A DNA stretch of 32,000 nt. Source: Acholeplasma laidlawii PG-8A. Lineage in GTDB: Bacteria; Bacillota_I; Bacilli_A; Acholeplasmatales; Acholeplasmataceae. Below, piece by piece: positions 13,881-22,496 of this stretch (within the stretch, counting starts at the first letter, position 1; the number at the start of each line of letters is the position of its first letter). The position numbers and the translations under genes are program-made. The notes beneath the pieces are model-generated. The model did no database searches. It had not been told where the DNA came from and saw nothing but the letters and a program-made list of their open reading frames with translations. The stretch is from positions 1,200,001-1,232,000 of the forward strand of contig NC_010163.1 in NCBI RefSeq assembly GCF_000018785.1. The letters run 5' to 3'.

Positions 13881-13917
13881 CTTATGCCACTATACGACGT
13901 ATAGCACCTGACATAAG
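13881..13917 (-). promoter_or_regulatory. Structured element in the rpsB 5' leader
   Basis: Minus strand CTTATG-TCAGGTG-CTATACG-T-CGTATAG-TGG-CATAAG: two nested perfect helices separated by an asymmetric internal loop, about 50 nt upstream of the start codon. Confidence 0.55.
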
Positions 13918-13950
13918 AAACATGTTACATGTGTATTTAACAGCCTACTT

Positions 13951-13979
13951 AATATACCATATTCATATATGTTTTGCAA
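13951..13979 (-). promoter_or_regulatory. Candidate rpsB operon promoter
   Basis: Minus strand TTGCAA - 17 bp - TATATT; predicts a ~115 nt leader. Confidence 0.6.
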
Positions 13980-14037
13980 CAAATTATTGCATCTTTTTAC
14001 CGAAAAATGCCAAATAACATATTTATACGAATTTTAA

Positions 14038-14478
14038 TTATTGACCAGAACTACCAAACCCACCGGTACGTTCATTAGAACTCTCATCATCACTGGTAAT
14101 AAGATATTTTTGGAAAACACCTTGAGCAACACGTTCACCTTTTTGAATGATTGCATCTTGTTGACCAAAATTGAATAATGGAATCATAATATGTCCTTCA
14201 TTATTTGGGTTATTATAATAATCTTTATCAATAATACCAACTGCATTCGACATAATTAAACCCTTTTTAATACCTAATGAAGATCTCGGATAAATCATGA
14301 GTGCTTCGTTTTCTAACATATCTACTTTTAACCCGGTATCGATTAATTGAATCGTACCTGGTTTGATGACGTAAGCGTCTGCACTTTCAATATCATAACC
14401 TGCACTATATTTAGTTGCTCTTTTAGGTAGGTTAATAGATTTATCTTTAAAACCTGTTACTACTTCAAATTTTCTCAT
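14038..14478 (-). CDS. dut: dUTP diphosphatase (trimeric dUTPase family)
   Basis: AGYDIESADAYVI, YPRSSLGIKKGL, GIIDKDYY and ERTGGFGSSGQ motifs. Confidence 0.88.
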   Translation of the reverse strand: MRKFEVVTGFKDKSINLPKRATKYSAGYDIESADAYVIKPGTIQLIDTGLKVDMLENEALMIYPRSSLGIKKGLIMSNAVGIIDKDYYNNPNNEGHIMIPLFNFGQQDAIIQKGERVAQGVFQKYLITSDDESSNERTGGFGSSGQ

Positions 14479-14489
14479 ATATTGACCTC

Positions 14490-15005
14490 TTATTTTTTTT
14501 TAAGTGACTCTAATACCTTAATTTCTCTAGGTAGTACAGTCTTCATACCTCTTTTTTGATTTAGCTTACTTATAGATAGTTGATTGATATGTATGGCTTC
14601 ATCAATTGAAACCCAAACGGGTTCTACACCATGTTCTTTTTCTCTATCTGCTAAATCTTGTTCACCAAAGTTTGATACATCAACAACATAGTAATACGAT
14701 GTTTGAAGATACACAGTTGGTCTATTTGAAATACCATACCTTTTTTCTTCAATATAACCGTAAGGTTTTATATTAAAGACTTCGCTTGCACCAATTTCTT
14801 CTTTAACTTCTCTTTTAAGTGCGGTGATGTGATCTTCATCTTTTTTCATACCACCACCTGGAAAGGTATAATCTTTAAAGGTGGGTGAATAGACCATTAG
14901 TAACTTATCGTTCTTACAAATTATCGCCCTAATGGTTGTTCTAGTTTTGTCTATACCTAAATCTTTGGTACCCTCTTCAATTATAATGTCACTTAGTTTT
15001 CTCAT
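14490..15005 (-). CDS. NUDIX hydrolase
   Basis: NUDIX box GGGMKKDEDHITALKREVKEEIGA. Confidence 0.88.
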   Translation of the reverse strand: MRKLSDIIIEEGTKDLGIDKTRTTIRAIICKNDKLLMVYSPTFKDYTFPGGGMKKDEDHITALKREVKEEIGASEVFNIKPYGYIEEKRYGISNRPTVYLQTSYYYVVDVSNFGEQDLADREKEHGVEPVWVSIDEAIHINQLSISKLNQKRGMKTVLPREIKVLESLKKK

Positions 15006-15909
15006 TATGTTGATTCCTTGGATGCGTCTGCATGTATTTTTCTTTTAATTGTTCTTTTGAAACATGTGTATAAATTTGAGTGGATTTTAAATGCTCATGA
15101 CCTAAGAGTTCTTGTACAACTCTTAAATCTGCGCCATGATTTAGCATCGTAGTTGCGAAAGCATGTCTTAACATATGCGGATGTATCGCATAGGTTTCAC
15201 CACTATCTTTAATCATTTGATTTAAGATAACTCTTAAACCTCTTACAGTAAGTGGTCCACCTTTATAATTAATAAACAGTTTTTGTTGATTGGTATCATC
15301 ACCCTTAGAAAGTAGGGTGACTCTTACAAACGATAGATAATGTCTAATTTCTTCAATTAACTTCTCATGTAATATGATATATCTATCTTTCTTACCCTTA
15401 CCATGGATAAGTATTTGACCACTCGATAAATAAATATCTTTAATTTCTAAATTGATGAGTTCACTTGCACGAACACCACAACTATATAGTAAATCTAAAA
15501 TGACTAGATTTCTATAGCCTAAGGGCTTGGATGTGTCAATGGAATCAAATAGATAATTAATTGCCTCTTCATCAATAATATGGGGTAGTGTTTTAGCTAC
15601 TTTAGGCGCTTTGATGTCACTAAAGATATTTTCTTCTATAAGTTCTTTAAATATTAAATAATTATAAAAGTTCTTTAAACTAGATAGTTTTCTAGCGATT
15701 GTTTTTTTCTTAAAGTCTTGGTTATCTAAATAAGATATATAGTTACGTGCTAAACGAGGTCGTCTAGCACCTAATAAATCTTTGGCTAGTCCCTCTTTAA
15801 TTAAAAAGTCTTCAAACCCTTTGACATCGTTGATGTAACTTATAGCTGTGTGTTCACTAAAGTTCTTTTCAATGATGAGGTAATCTTTGTAATCAGAGAT
15901 AATATCCAT
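14989..15909 (-). CDS. Tyrosine recombinase, XerC/XerD type
   Basis: C-terminal HPHMLRHAFATTMLNHGADLRVVQELLGHEHLKSTQIYTHVS and N-terminal SAM-like domain; immediately after trmFO. Confidence 0.88.
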   Translation of the reverse strand: MDIISDYKDYLIIEKNFSEHTAISYINDVKGFEDFLIKEGLAKDLLGARRPRLARNYISYLDNQDFKKKTIARKLSSLKNFYNYLIFKELIEENIFSDIKAPKVAKTLPHIIDEEAINYLFDSIDTSKPLGYRNLVILDLLYSCGVRASELINLEIKDIYLSSGQILIHGKGKKDRYIILHEKLIEEIRHYLSFVRVTLLSKGDDTNQQKLFINYKGGPLTVRGLRVILNQMIKDSGETYAIHPHMLRHAFATTMLNHGADLRVVQELLGHEHLKSTQIYTHVSKEQLKEKYMQTHPRNQHNEKTK

Positions 15910-15910
15910 A

Positions 15911-17194
15911 TTAGATACCTCCTTCGATATATTCCTTTAGTGCATGCATTGAACGATCATAATACATTTGTTTTCTTACAGTTTTATGTGCTTCTATTTG
16001 ATCAAATAAACCAAAGTTTGCATTCATAGGTACAAAGTATTGATGGTAGTTTGAAATATAACGTGCCATAGCACCCATCATTGTATCTACTGGTAAAGGT
16101 CTAATTTCACCTTTGGTTAATAAATTATGTAAGTTGATTGCAACATTTAATCCAGATGCAGCAGATTCAATATAACCTTCTACACCAGAAATTTGTCCAG
16201 CAAAGAACCATTTTGGAATATCTCTTACTTGGAATGCGTTATTTAAATGTTTTGGAGATTCTAAATACGTATTTTTATGAATGACACCATATCTTAATAT
16301 TTCAGCATTTTCTAAACCAGGTATCATTTGAATCACTCGTTTTTGATCGCCCCACTTCATGTGGGTTTGAAAACCAACCATATTATACATTGTCTTATTG
16401 ACGTCATCTTGTCTTAATTGAACAACTGCATAAGGTTTTTCACCATTGGGTTTCGTTAAACCAACTGGTTTAAGTGGACCAAAGCGTAGTGTATCAATAC
16501 CACGTTTACCCATGTCTTCTACGGGCATACAACCTTCAAATACATTATTTTCAAAGTCTTTAGGTGCGACTGATTCTGCAGTCATTAAAGCCTTATAGAA
16601 CTCTAAATATTCTTGTTTGTTCATTGGACAGTTAATATATGCAGCTTCATCTTTATCATATCTAGATTTTAGATATGCAATATCCATGTTGATGGATTTT
16701 GCATCAATAATTGGTGCAACCGCATCAAAGAAGTTTAAACTCTCTAAATGTAGATGATCTTGGATTTGTTTTGAGAGTAAATCAGATGCTAGAGGTCCTG
16801 CTGCAATAATGGTATATTCATTTGGATCTAGTGATGTAACTTCCTCATGAATGACTTCAATATTTTCATGGCTTTTAATCTTTTCAGTTACATATTCAGA
16901 AAACAAGTTTCTGTCTACTGCAAGACTACTACCTGCAGGTACTTTATGAATATTTGCTGCTTCTAAAATAAGTGAGTTAAAATGTGTCATTTCAACTTTT
17001 AAAAGACCCACAGCATTCAGTGGATCGTTTGATCGAAATGAGTTTGAACATACTAGTTCTGCAAAGTTTTTAGTCACATGAGCAGGTGTATTCTTTTTAG
17101 GTCTCATTTCATATAGTTTTACTTTGTAGCCTTTATTTGCTAAATAATAGGCTGCTTCACTACCGGCAAGTCCGGCTCCTATAATTTTTATCAT
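15911..17194 (-). CDS. trmFO: Methylenetetrahydrofolate--tRNA-(uracil-5-)-methyltransferase
   Basis: IKIIGAGLAGSEAAYYLANKGYKVKLYEMRPKKNTPAHVT, FAELVCSNSFRSNDPLNAVGLLKVEM motifs. Confidence 0.95.
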   Translation of the reverse strand: MIKIIGAGLAGSEAAYYLANKGYKVKLYEMRPKKNTPAHVTKNFAELVCSNSFRSNDPLNAVGLLKVEMTHFNSLILEAANIHKVPAGSSLAVDRNLFSEYVTEKIKSHENIEVIHEEVTSLDPNEYTIIAAGPLASDLLSKQIQDHLHLESLNFFDAVAPIIDAKSINMDIAYLKSRYDKDEAAYINCPMNKQEYLEFYKALMTAESVAPKDFENNVFEGCMPVEDMGKRGIDTLRFGPLKPVGLTKPNGEKPYAVVQLRQDDVNKTMYNMVGFQTHMKWGDQKRVIQMIPGLENAEILRYGVIHKNTYLESPKHLNNAFQVRDIPKWFFAGQISGVEGYIESAASGLNVAINLHNLLTKGEIRPLPVDTMMGAMARYISNYHQYFVPMNANFGLFDQIEAHKTVRKQMYYDRSMHALKEYIEGGI

Positions 17195-17238
17195 ATTTTC
17201 ACCACCTTGATTATAACATGAAACTTTTGTTTATATTT

Positions 17239-17247
17239 TGGTATAAT
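17239..17247 (+). promoter_or_regulatory. Candidate extended -10 promoter for the aquaporin gene
   Basis: TGGTATAAT (TGnTATAAT), no convincing -35; located in the divergent spacer. Confidence 0.5.
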
Positions 17248-17290
17248 TGTAATAAAGAAAAAATACTTTAGAATCAAGGAGATGAAATAT

Positions 17291-17965
17291 ATGAAGTTAA
17301 AAGCCTATATGGCAGAGTTTATTGGAGCGTTCGCTCTAGTTTTAGTGGGTTCAACCGCTGCAGTATTAAACTTAGAATTATCTAGTATTGCCTTAGCATT
17401 TGGACTTATTCTTATGGCTATGATTTATGCAGTAGGTTCCACATCAGGAGGTCACTTTAATCCTGCAGTATCGTTTGCGATGGCACTGACTAAAAGATTA
17501 TCTTGGAAAGATTTTGGAATGTATAGTTTCTTCCAATTACTTGGTTCCTTAATCGCAGTGTTATGTTTAGTACCATTTGTTGGTGACTTATCTAATTTAG
17601 GTGCTAACCAAATATTTGGTGACTTTGGTGGTCAAACAGGCATCTTAATTTTATTATTAGGTGTCTTAGTTGAAGTGATTGGTACATTCTTATTTGTCTT
17701 TGTGATCTTGCGTGTTACAAAAGAACCAAATCTAAAGAGTCTTGCAGGTTTAATCATTGGTTTAACACTTGCAGCACTTATTTATTTTACAGGTCCTCTT
17801 ACAAATGCAAGTTTAAACCCAGTGCGTTCGATCTTCTCAGGACTATTTCAAGGTGGTAAAGCATTAGAACAAGTTTGGATATTTATTGTAGGACCTATGA
17901 TTGGTGCATTTCTAGCTGCTGTTGCTGCACCGTATTTTGATCAAGTGCCTGAAGAAAAGGCTTAA
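17291..17965 (+). CDS. MIP family aquaporin / glycerol facilitator-like channel
   Basis: AEFIGAFALVLVGS, SGGHFNPAVSFAMAL and LTNASLNPVRSI (two NPA/NPV loops). AAGGAG at 17276-17281 supports the second ATG (17291) over 17282. Confidence 0.9.
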   Translation: MKLKAYMAEFIGAFALVLVGSTAAVLNLELSSIALAFGLILMAMIYAVGSTSGGHFNPAVSFAMALTKRLSWKDFGMYSFFQLLGSLIAVLCLVPFVGDLSNLGANQIFGDFGGQTGILILLLGVLVEVIGTFLFVFVILRVTKEPNLKSLAGLIIGLTLAALIYFTGPLTNASLNPVRSIFSGLFQGGKALEQVWIFIVGPMIGAFLAAVAAPYFDQVPEEKA

Positions 17966-17971
17966 CATATT

Positions 17972-18349
17972 ATGTATAGAAAACATCTATACTTAATCAG
18001 TTTAATTCTACAAAGCATTCTACTTCTATTATTTATTATTTTTTTAGTGGATACCTTAGTTAGATATCCAAATGGTGTAAGAGTGAGTGACTTTATATTT
18101 GCATTCCTATACTTAATTGTTTTACTACTTTTTACAATCTACCACTATAGAAGTCCATATCACGAAATGAAGTCTGCTATCTATCTAGCCATCTACTACA
18201 TTTCACCCATCATCATTATCGGTTTGTTTTATTTATTAGACCCTACTTCATCAGTGGGTACATATGATACCCTTGATATGTTTATCTTTAGTGTTTATGC
18301 ACTTAACGGACTTATTCATTTACTCACCATTGTTGGTAAAGAATTCTAA
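17972..18349 (+). CDS. Predicted membrane protein, unknown function
   Basis: 125 aa ORF with four hydrophobic segments, 6 nt after the aquaporin stop. Confidence 0.6.
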   Translation: MYRKHLYLISLILQSILLLLFIIFLVDTLVRYPNGVRVSDFIFAFLYLIVLLLFTIYHYRSPYHEMKSAIYLAIYYISPIIIIGLFYLLDPTSSVGTYDTLDMFIFSVYALNGLIHLLTIVGKEF

Positions 18350-18357
18350 TTCTAACA

Positions 18358-18407
18358 AAAAAAGCATTTGACTTAAAACTTTAATTAGTTTATCAAATGC
18401 TTTTTAT
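18358..18407. terminator. Bidirectional terminator between convergent genes
   Basis: AAAAAAAGCATTTGA ... TCAAATGCTTTTTATTTT. Confidence 0.85.
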
Positions 18408-18408
18408 T

Positions 18409-18974
18409 TTATGTGTTTTTAGTTCGCTTTTGTTCGAAAAACTCCATATATAGTGGTTCTAATCTGGTATTCACAGTAAATGTCACATAACTGATAATGA
18501 TAATGTTAACCGGCATCATAATGAGTCTTAGTGGTAGATTTGCTGTTGCATAAGCAATTGCACTATCTAAATTATTAGAATACGCATAGCTACTTAAGAA
18601 ACTTGCGAGTGTAGAAAAACTAGTTGCCATGATATGTGATGCAATGACAGCAATCAAAATACGAACCCAGCCTGACTTTCTTCTTGCGATGAGATAAGGA
18701 ATCACACCCCAACTAATAGCTTGTAGTGCAAACATAAAGTCATATGCAAATTGAGAGCCCCCTGCAAAAAAACCTACTGCATCTGAAATAAAGCCCATCA
18801 TACCACCATAGATTGGGCCTAGTACAATCGAACCTACTACAAGTGGGATTGCATAAAAGGGAAACCCAAAGCTTTGATTTGCTGGAACAATCGATTTAAA
18901 TAATATATCTAGCACAATCGATAGTGCTGTTAAAACTGCAGCAAGTGTCAGTTTCCTTAAATTTTGTTTAACCA
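18409..18974 (-). CDS. folT: ECF transporter S component, FolT (folate) type
   Basis: Six-TM ECF S-component-like sequence MVKQNLRKLTLAAVLTALSIVLDIL...FPFYAIPLVVGSIVLGPIYGGMMGFISDAVGFF; preceded by a THF riboswitch. SD AAGGAGG precedes ATG at 18974; the ORF-track start at 19062 lies inside the riboswitch. Confidence 0.82.
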
Positions 18975-18982
18975 TTAAAAAA

Positions 18983-19110
18983 GACCTCCTTAGTCGAGAT
19001 CCACTTAAAATATAAAAGCGGATCAGAAATATACACCGCCATAAATACTTATGTTCGTTCAACTAATCATCCACTAACCAGTTGACACTTGACGCATATA
19101 CCTCTAAATG
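18983..19110 (-). promoter_or_regulatory. Tetrahydrofolate (THF) riboswitch aptamer plus expression platform
   Basis: Minus-strand RNA AGAGGUAUAUGCGUCAAGUGUCAACUGGUUAGUGGAUGAUUAGUUGAACGAACAUAAGUAUUUAUGGCGGUGUAUAUUUCUGAUCCGCUU matches the THF aptamer layout (AGAG...GCGU-AAGUGU, GGAUG, AACGAA, GCGGUG...AUCCGC) with compatible helices; aptamer about 19016-19110. Confidence 0.87.
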
Positions 19111-19121
19111 AAATTATATCT

Positions 19122-19149
19122 ATTATACATTATTTAATATGCCAGTCAA
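19122..19149 (-). promoter_or_regulatory. Promoter of the folT leader
   Basis: Minus strand TTGACT - 16 bp - TATAAT; the -35 box lies within the last codons of ung. Confidence 0.7.
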
Positions 19150-19795
19150 CTGGATTGACATGATGCATCATTAAATAATGGTTTGCTTTTGAAAAAGGTT
19201 TAGAACCAAAGAATCCTAATCTTGCTGAAAAAGGTGATGGGTGTACACTTTCTATCACCATGTGTTTGGGGTTCGTTAAAAGTGGTTTAATGTCTTTTGC
19301 TTGATTCCCCCAAAGGATAAAGACAATCGGTTGATTTAATAAATTGATATGTCTAATCATTTGGTGTGTAAAGATTTCCCACCCTTTATTCTTATGAGAA
19401 AGTGGTTTAGATGCTTCAACAGTTAAGACCGTATTAAGCAACAAAACACCCTGCCTAGCCCAGGATGTTAAATCACCTTTTGTTGATATATCGATATTTA
19501 AATCATCTTTTAATTCTTTATATATGTTTTTTAAGCTTGGTGGTAGTTTTTCATTTAATGTTGAAAAACTTAAACCATGCGCTTGGTTTGGTCCATGATA
19601 TGGATCTTGACCAAGGATAACAACTTTAAGATTATTTACAGAAGTATATAAAAACGCATTAAACCAATCCTTTTTTGGTGGATATATCGTTTCAGTTAAA
19701 GAACGCTCATCCAAAAAAGACATGAGATTTTTAAAATACGGCTTTATTAGTTCTTCATTCATCCAGTTTGTCCACATTGGTATTTGTATCTCCAT
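19130..19795 (-). CDS. ung: Uracil-DNA glycosylase
   Basis: VVILGQDPYHGPNQAHGLSFS, LNTVLTVE and HPSPFSARLGFFGSKPFSKAN motifs. Start could be 19795, 19777 or 19762. Confidence 0.94.
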   Translation of the reverse strand: MEIQIPMWTNWMNEELIKPYFKNLMSFLDERSLTETIYPPKKDWFNAFLYTSVNNLKVVILGQDPYHGPNQAHGLSFSTLNEKLPPSLKNIYKELKDDLNIDISTKGDLTSWARQGVLLLNTVLTVEASKPLSHKNKGWEIFTHQMIRHINLLNQPIVFILWGNQAKDIKPLLTNPKHMVIESVHPSPFSARLGFFGSKPFSKANHYLMMHHVNPVDWHIK

Positions 19796-20420
19796 TTAGG
19801 TTTTCATCAGGTGTGTTTGTTTCACCTAATTTTTCTTGTTTTTTATGTTTGTCATATTGATAAAGGACAATGAGTCCGATCACTAATCCAATATTGATAA
19901 TAATCACTGCAACACCATAAGGGGATGTAATAAATGCAGAAACCATAGACATTTTTATGGTTGACTGGTGACGTCCAATAATATCTTCTGGTTTTAATCT
20001 ATAAATTTCCGTTGAAGATCTTCGCCACTCATCTAATCTACGAAGTTCTGGTGCTAGATTATATTGTGAGTGTGGGTAGGTAAGAATATAACCTTCATCG
20101 TCAATATCATAAAAGTGATGTGTTACAACATCCCTTATATACATACCTACTCTACTGTTATAAAAGTATGTTTCAAAGATAATGATGTCACCATCTTCGA
20201 AACTTTCAACATCGGTATCTTTTACAACAACAATATAATCCCCCGTCATAATTAACGGTTCCATAGATTCTGATACAACACGGTACCAACCAATGCCAAA
20301 TACTTTAACCAAGCCGTTTGGAATAAATAAGGATACTGCAATGACAATCAGTAAAAAGAATGTAATACCGTAATATAAGATATTCTTGATTAAACGGATA
20401 TACTTAGATTTGTTTTCCAT
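19755..20420 (-). CDS. Type I signal peptidase, SipW/ER-like (S26B) type
   Basis: VVSESMEPLIMTGDYIVVV (Ser box), DGDIIIFE, IRDVVTHHF (His in place of the bacterial-type Lys), C-terminal TM segment. Confidence 0.82.
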   Translation of the reverse strand: MENKSKYIRLIKNILYYGITFFLLIVIAVSLFIPNGLVKVFGIGWYRVVSESMEPLIMTGDYIVVVKDTDVESFEDGDIIIFETYFYNSRVGMYIRDVVTHHFYDIDDEGYILTYPHSQYNLAPELRRLDEWRRSSTEIYRLKPEDIIGRHQSTIKMSMVSAFITSPYGVAVIIINIGLVIGLIVLYQYDKHKKQEKLGETNTPDENLNGDTNTNVDKLDE

Positions 20421-21036
20421 TCACTTTAGCCTTTTCTTGTTTATTTTTGATGGTTTTTAAGCGAATAAACTCTTCTTGGTCTTCAGCTTCTAGTCTTTCT
20501 TTAATCCAATGGATATCTTTATCGAGGTTTGGTAGTATGACATTTTTTAATGCATTATGTCTTTTTTTAGTTTGGCGGATTGCATTGGCTAATCTATAGA
20601 GTGTAGACTCTAATTTTGCAAGTTCTACGGTTAAATCTCTAGCATCTTGAAATGTTTTGTATGCATAGTCAAATTTAGAGTTTGTAGCACGTAATCCATA
20701 ACTTAAACGTATATTAGGTTTTTCATATAATATCACTGGTAAGTCCACACCCATTAAAGAACGGTAAGTGACTTGTAGGTTTTGGTCAATTGGAATTGCT
20801 TTAGCAATCTCACTGACAATACCTAGTGTGATATTTGCATCTTGTAATGCTTGATATGCCTTTTTATAAGTTTGTTGTAGTTTGGCACGTACCTCTGTAA
20901 TATCCGTGACTAAAGTTAATACTTCTTGTATTAAAATATTTTTCTTTCTATCTAATAAAACCTCTCCATTTTTAGCGAGGGCTTCTTTAGCTTTAAGATG
21001 TATTAGGTTACCTTTAGTTGGAATTACTTGGCTCAT
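20404..21036 (-). CDS. V/A-type ATPase subunit D
   Basis: IPTKGNLIHLKAKEALAKNGEVLLDRKKNIL, NALKNVILPNL...IKERLEAEDQEEFIRLKTIK; typical position after B. Confidence 0.92.
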   Translation of the reverse strand: MSQVIPTKGNLIHLKAKEALAKNGEVLLDRKKNILIQEVLTLVTDITEVRAKLQQTYKKAYQALQDANITLGIVSEIAKAIPIDQNLQVTYRSLMGVDLPVILYEKPNIRLSYGLRATNSKFDYAYKTFQDARDLTVELAKLESTLYRLANAIRQTKKRHNALKNVILPNLDKDIHWIKERLEAEDQEEFIRLKTIKNKQEKAKVNGKQI

Positions 21037-21042
21037 AAATTA

Positions 21043-22479
21043 TTAGTTCTTTCCAAGCATGCGCTCAATTGTGTCATTGTCATTTAATTCAAATCTTGCA
21101 TATGCTTTTTCTTTGTTAATATATTGACTAATTTGATCTCTGCTTAGTCGGTTTAATTGATCTTCTGGTAATAGACTTAATAAATCCCATCCTAAATCTA
21201 ATGAATCACCTAAACGTCTAGATTCTTCACCTTGATTAATAAAGTGGGTTTCAAATAATTTACCAAACATCATAAAGTGTTGATCACTTGTACTAAGTTC
21301 ATCTTCACCAATTACTTGGCTAAGTGCTGTAACTTCATTATATTTTGCATACGCAGCAAGTAATTGGTCTGCTACGATTGCATGGTCTTTTCTCGTATAA
21401 TCTGCACCAATACCATCTTTCATTAAGCGTGATAGTGATGGTAGTACACTAATCGGAGGGAAAATACCTCTTTGTTTTAATTGTCCATCTAATACAATTT
21501 GACCTTCTGTAATATATCCAGTTAAGTCAGGAATTGGATGTGTAATATCATTATTAGGCATTGTTAAGATTGGAATTTGAGTCACTGAACCAGATTTACC
21601 TTCAATCATACCAGCACGTTCATATAGGGATGAAAGGTCTGAATACATATATCCAGGATATCCTTTACGTCCAGGAATTTCACCTTTAGAAGATGAAAAT
21701 TCTCTTAGGGCTTCACAGTAGCTTGTCATGTCCGTCATAATAACTAATACATGATAGTCTTCATGGAATGCTAAATATTCTGCAGTTGTTAATGCTGCAC
21801 GAGGTGCTAAGATACGTTCAACAATTGGTTCAGATGCTGTGTTTAAAAACATAGCAACTCTATCCATAACATGTGCTTGTTCAAATTGTGATTTAAAGTA
21901 TTGTGCTACGTCGTGTTTAACACCCATAGCTGCGAATACGATACAGAACTTTTCATGTTCTTTTTCAGCAATTTTAGCATGTTTAACAATTTCTACAGCA
22001 AGTTCATTATGTGTTAAACCTGTTGCTGAAAAGATTGGAAGTTTTTGACCTCTAATTAAAGTAGCTAATGTATCAATAGATGAAATACCTGTTTGAATGA
22101 AGTTTTTAGGATATCTTCTAGATACTGGATTCATGGATTCACCATTGACATCCATACTTACATTGGAAAAGATTGGTCCTAAACCATCAATTGGTAGACC
22201 TGCACCGTTAAATGTGCGTCCTAACACTTCTTTAGATAAACCCATTCTTAATGGATGACCTAAAAATTTAGTGTATACATCTTTTAACATCATACCGTCA
22301 GTACCTTCAAATACTTCAACAGCTACGATATCACCCGATATTTCAATGACACGACCATGACGTACTTCATTGTTACCAATACGGATTTCAACGACTTCTT
22401 CATAACCAATATCTTTTGATCCTTCTAAAAAGATAATTGGACCCTTAATCGCTTTTAGACCTACATATTCTAAACTCAT
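21043..22479 (-). CDS. V/A-type ATPase subunit B
   Basis: YVGLKAIKGPIIFLEG, NGSG-like RPVSR region, QIPILTMPNNDITHPIPDLTGYITEGQI. Confidence 0.95.
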   Translation of the reverse strand: MSLEYVGLKAIKGPIIFLEGSKDIGYEEVVEIRIGNNEVRHGRVIEISGDIVAVEVFEGTDGMMLKDVYTKFLGHPLRMGLSKEVLGRTFNGAGLPIDGLGPIFSNVSMDVNGESMNPVSRRYPKNFIQTGISSIDTLATLIRGQKLPIFSATGLTHNELAVEIVKHAKIAEKEHEKFCIVFAAMGVKHDVAQYFKSQFEQAHVMDRVAMFLNTASEPIVERILAPRAALTTAEYLAFHEDYHVLVIMTDMTSYCEALREFSSSKGEIPGRKGYPGYMYSDLSSLYERAGMIEGKSGSVTQIPILTMPNNDITHPIPDLTGYITEGQIVLDGQLKQRGIFPPISVLPSLSRLMKDGIGADYTRKDHAIVADQLLAAYAKYNEVTALSQVIGEDELSTSDQHFMMFGKLFETHFINQGEESRRLGDSLDLGWDLLSLLPEDQLNRLSRDQISQYINKEKAYARFELNDNDTIERMLGKN

Positions 22480-22496
22480 ATTTAATTATCCTCTCT

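Noticed and set aside
13989-14010. Hairpin GCATTTTTCGGTAAAAAGATGC as a dut terminator
   Set aside because: Weak AT stem with a bulge and no clear U-run; not strong enough to report as a feature.
14989-15909. Tyrosine recombinase as evidence of an integrated mobile element
   Set aside because: It is a XerC/D-like housekeeping gene in the usual trmFO neighbourhood with no att-like repeats, cargo or phage genes nearby.
18975-19062. N-terminal 29 residues of the 18409-19062 ORF as real protein
   Set aside because: The segment is the THF riboswitch sequence, and a strong SD points to ATG at 18974.
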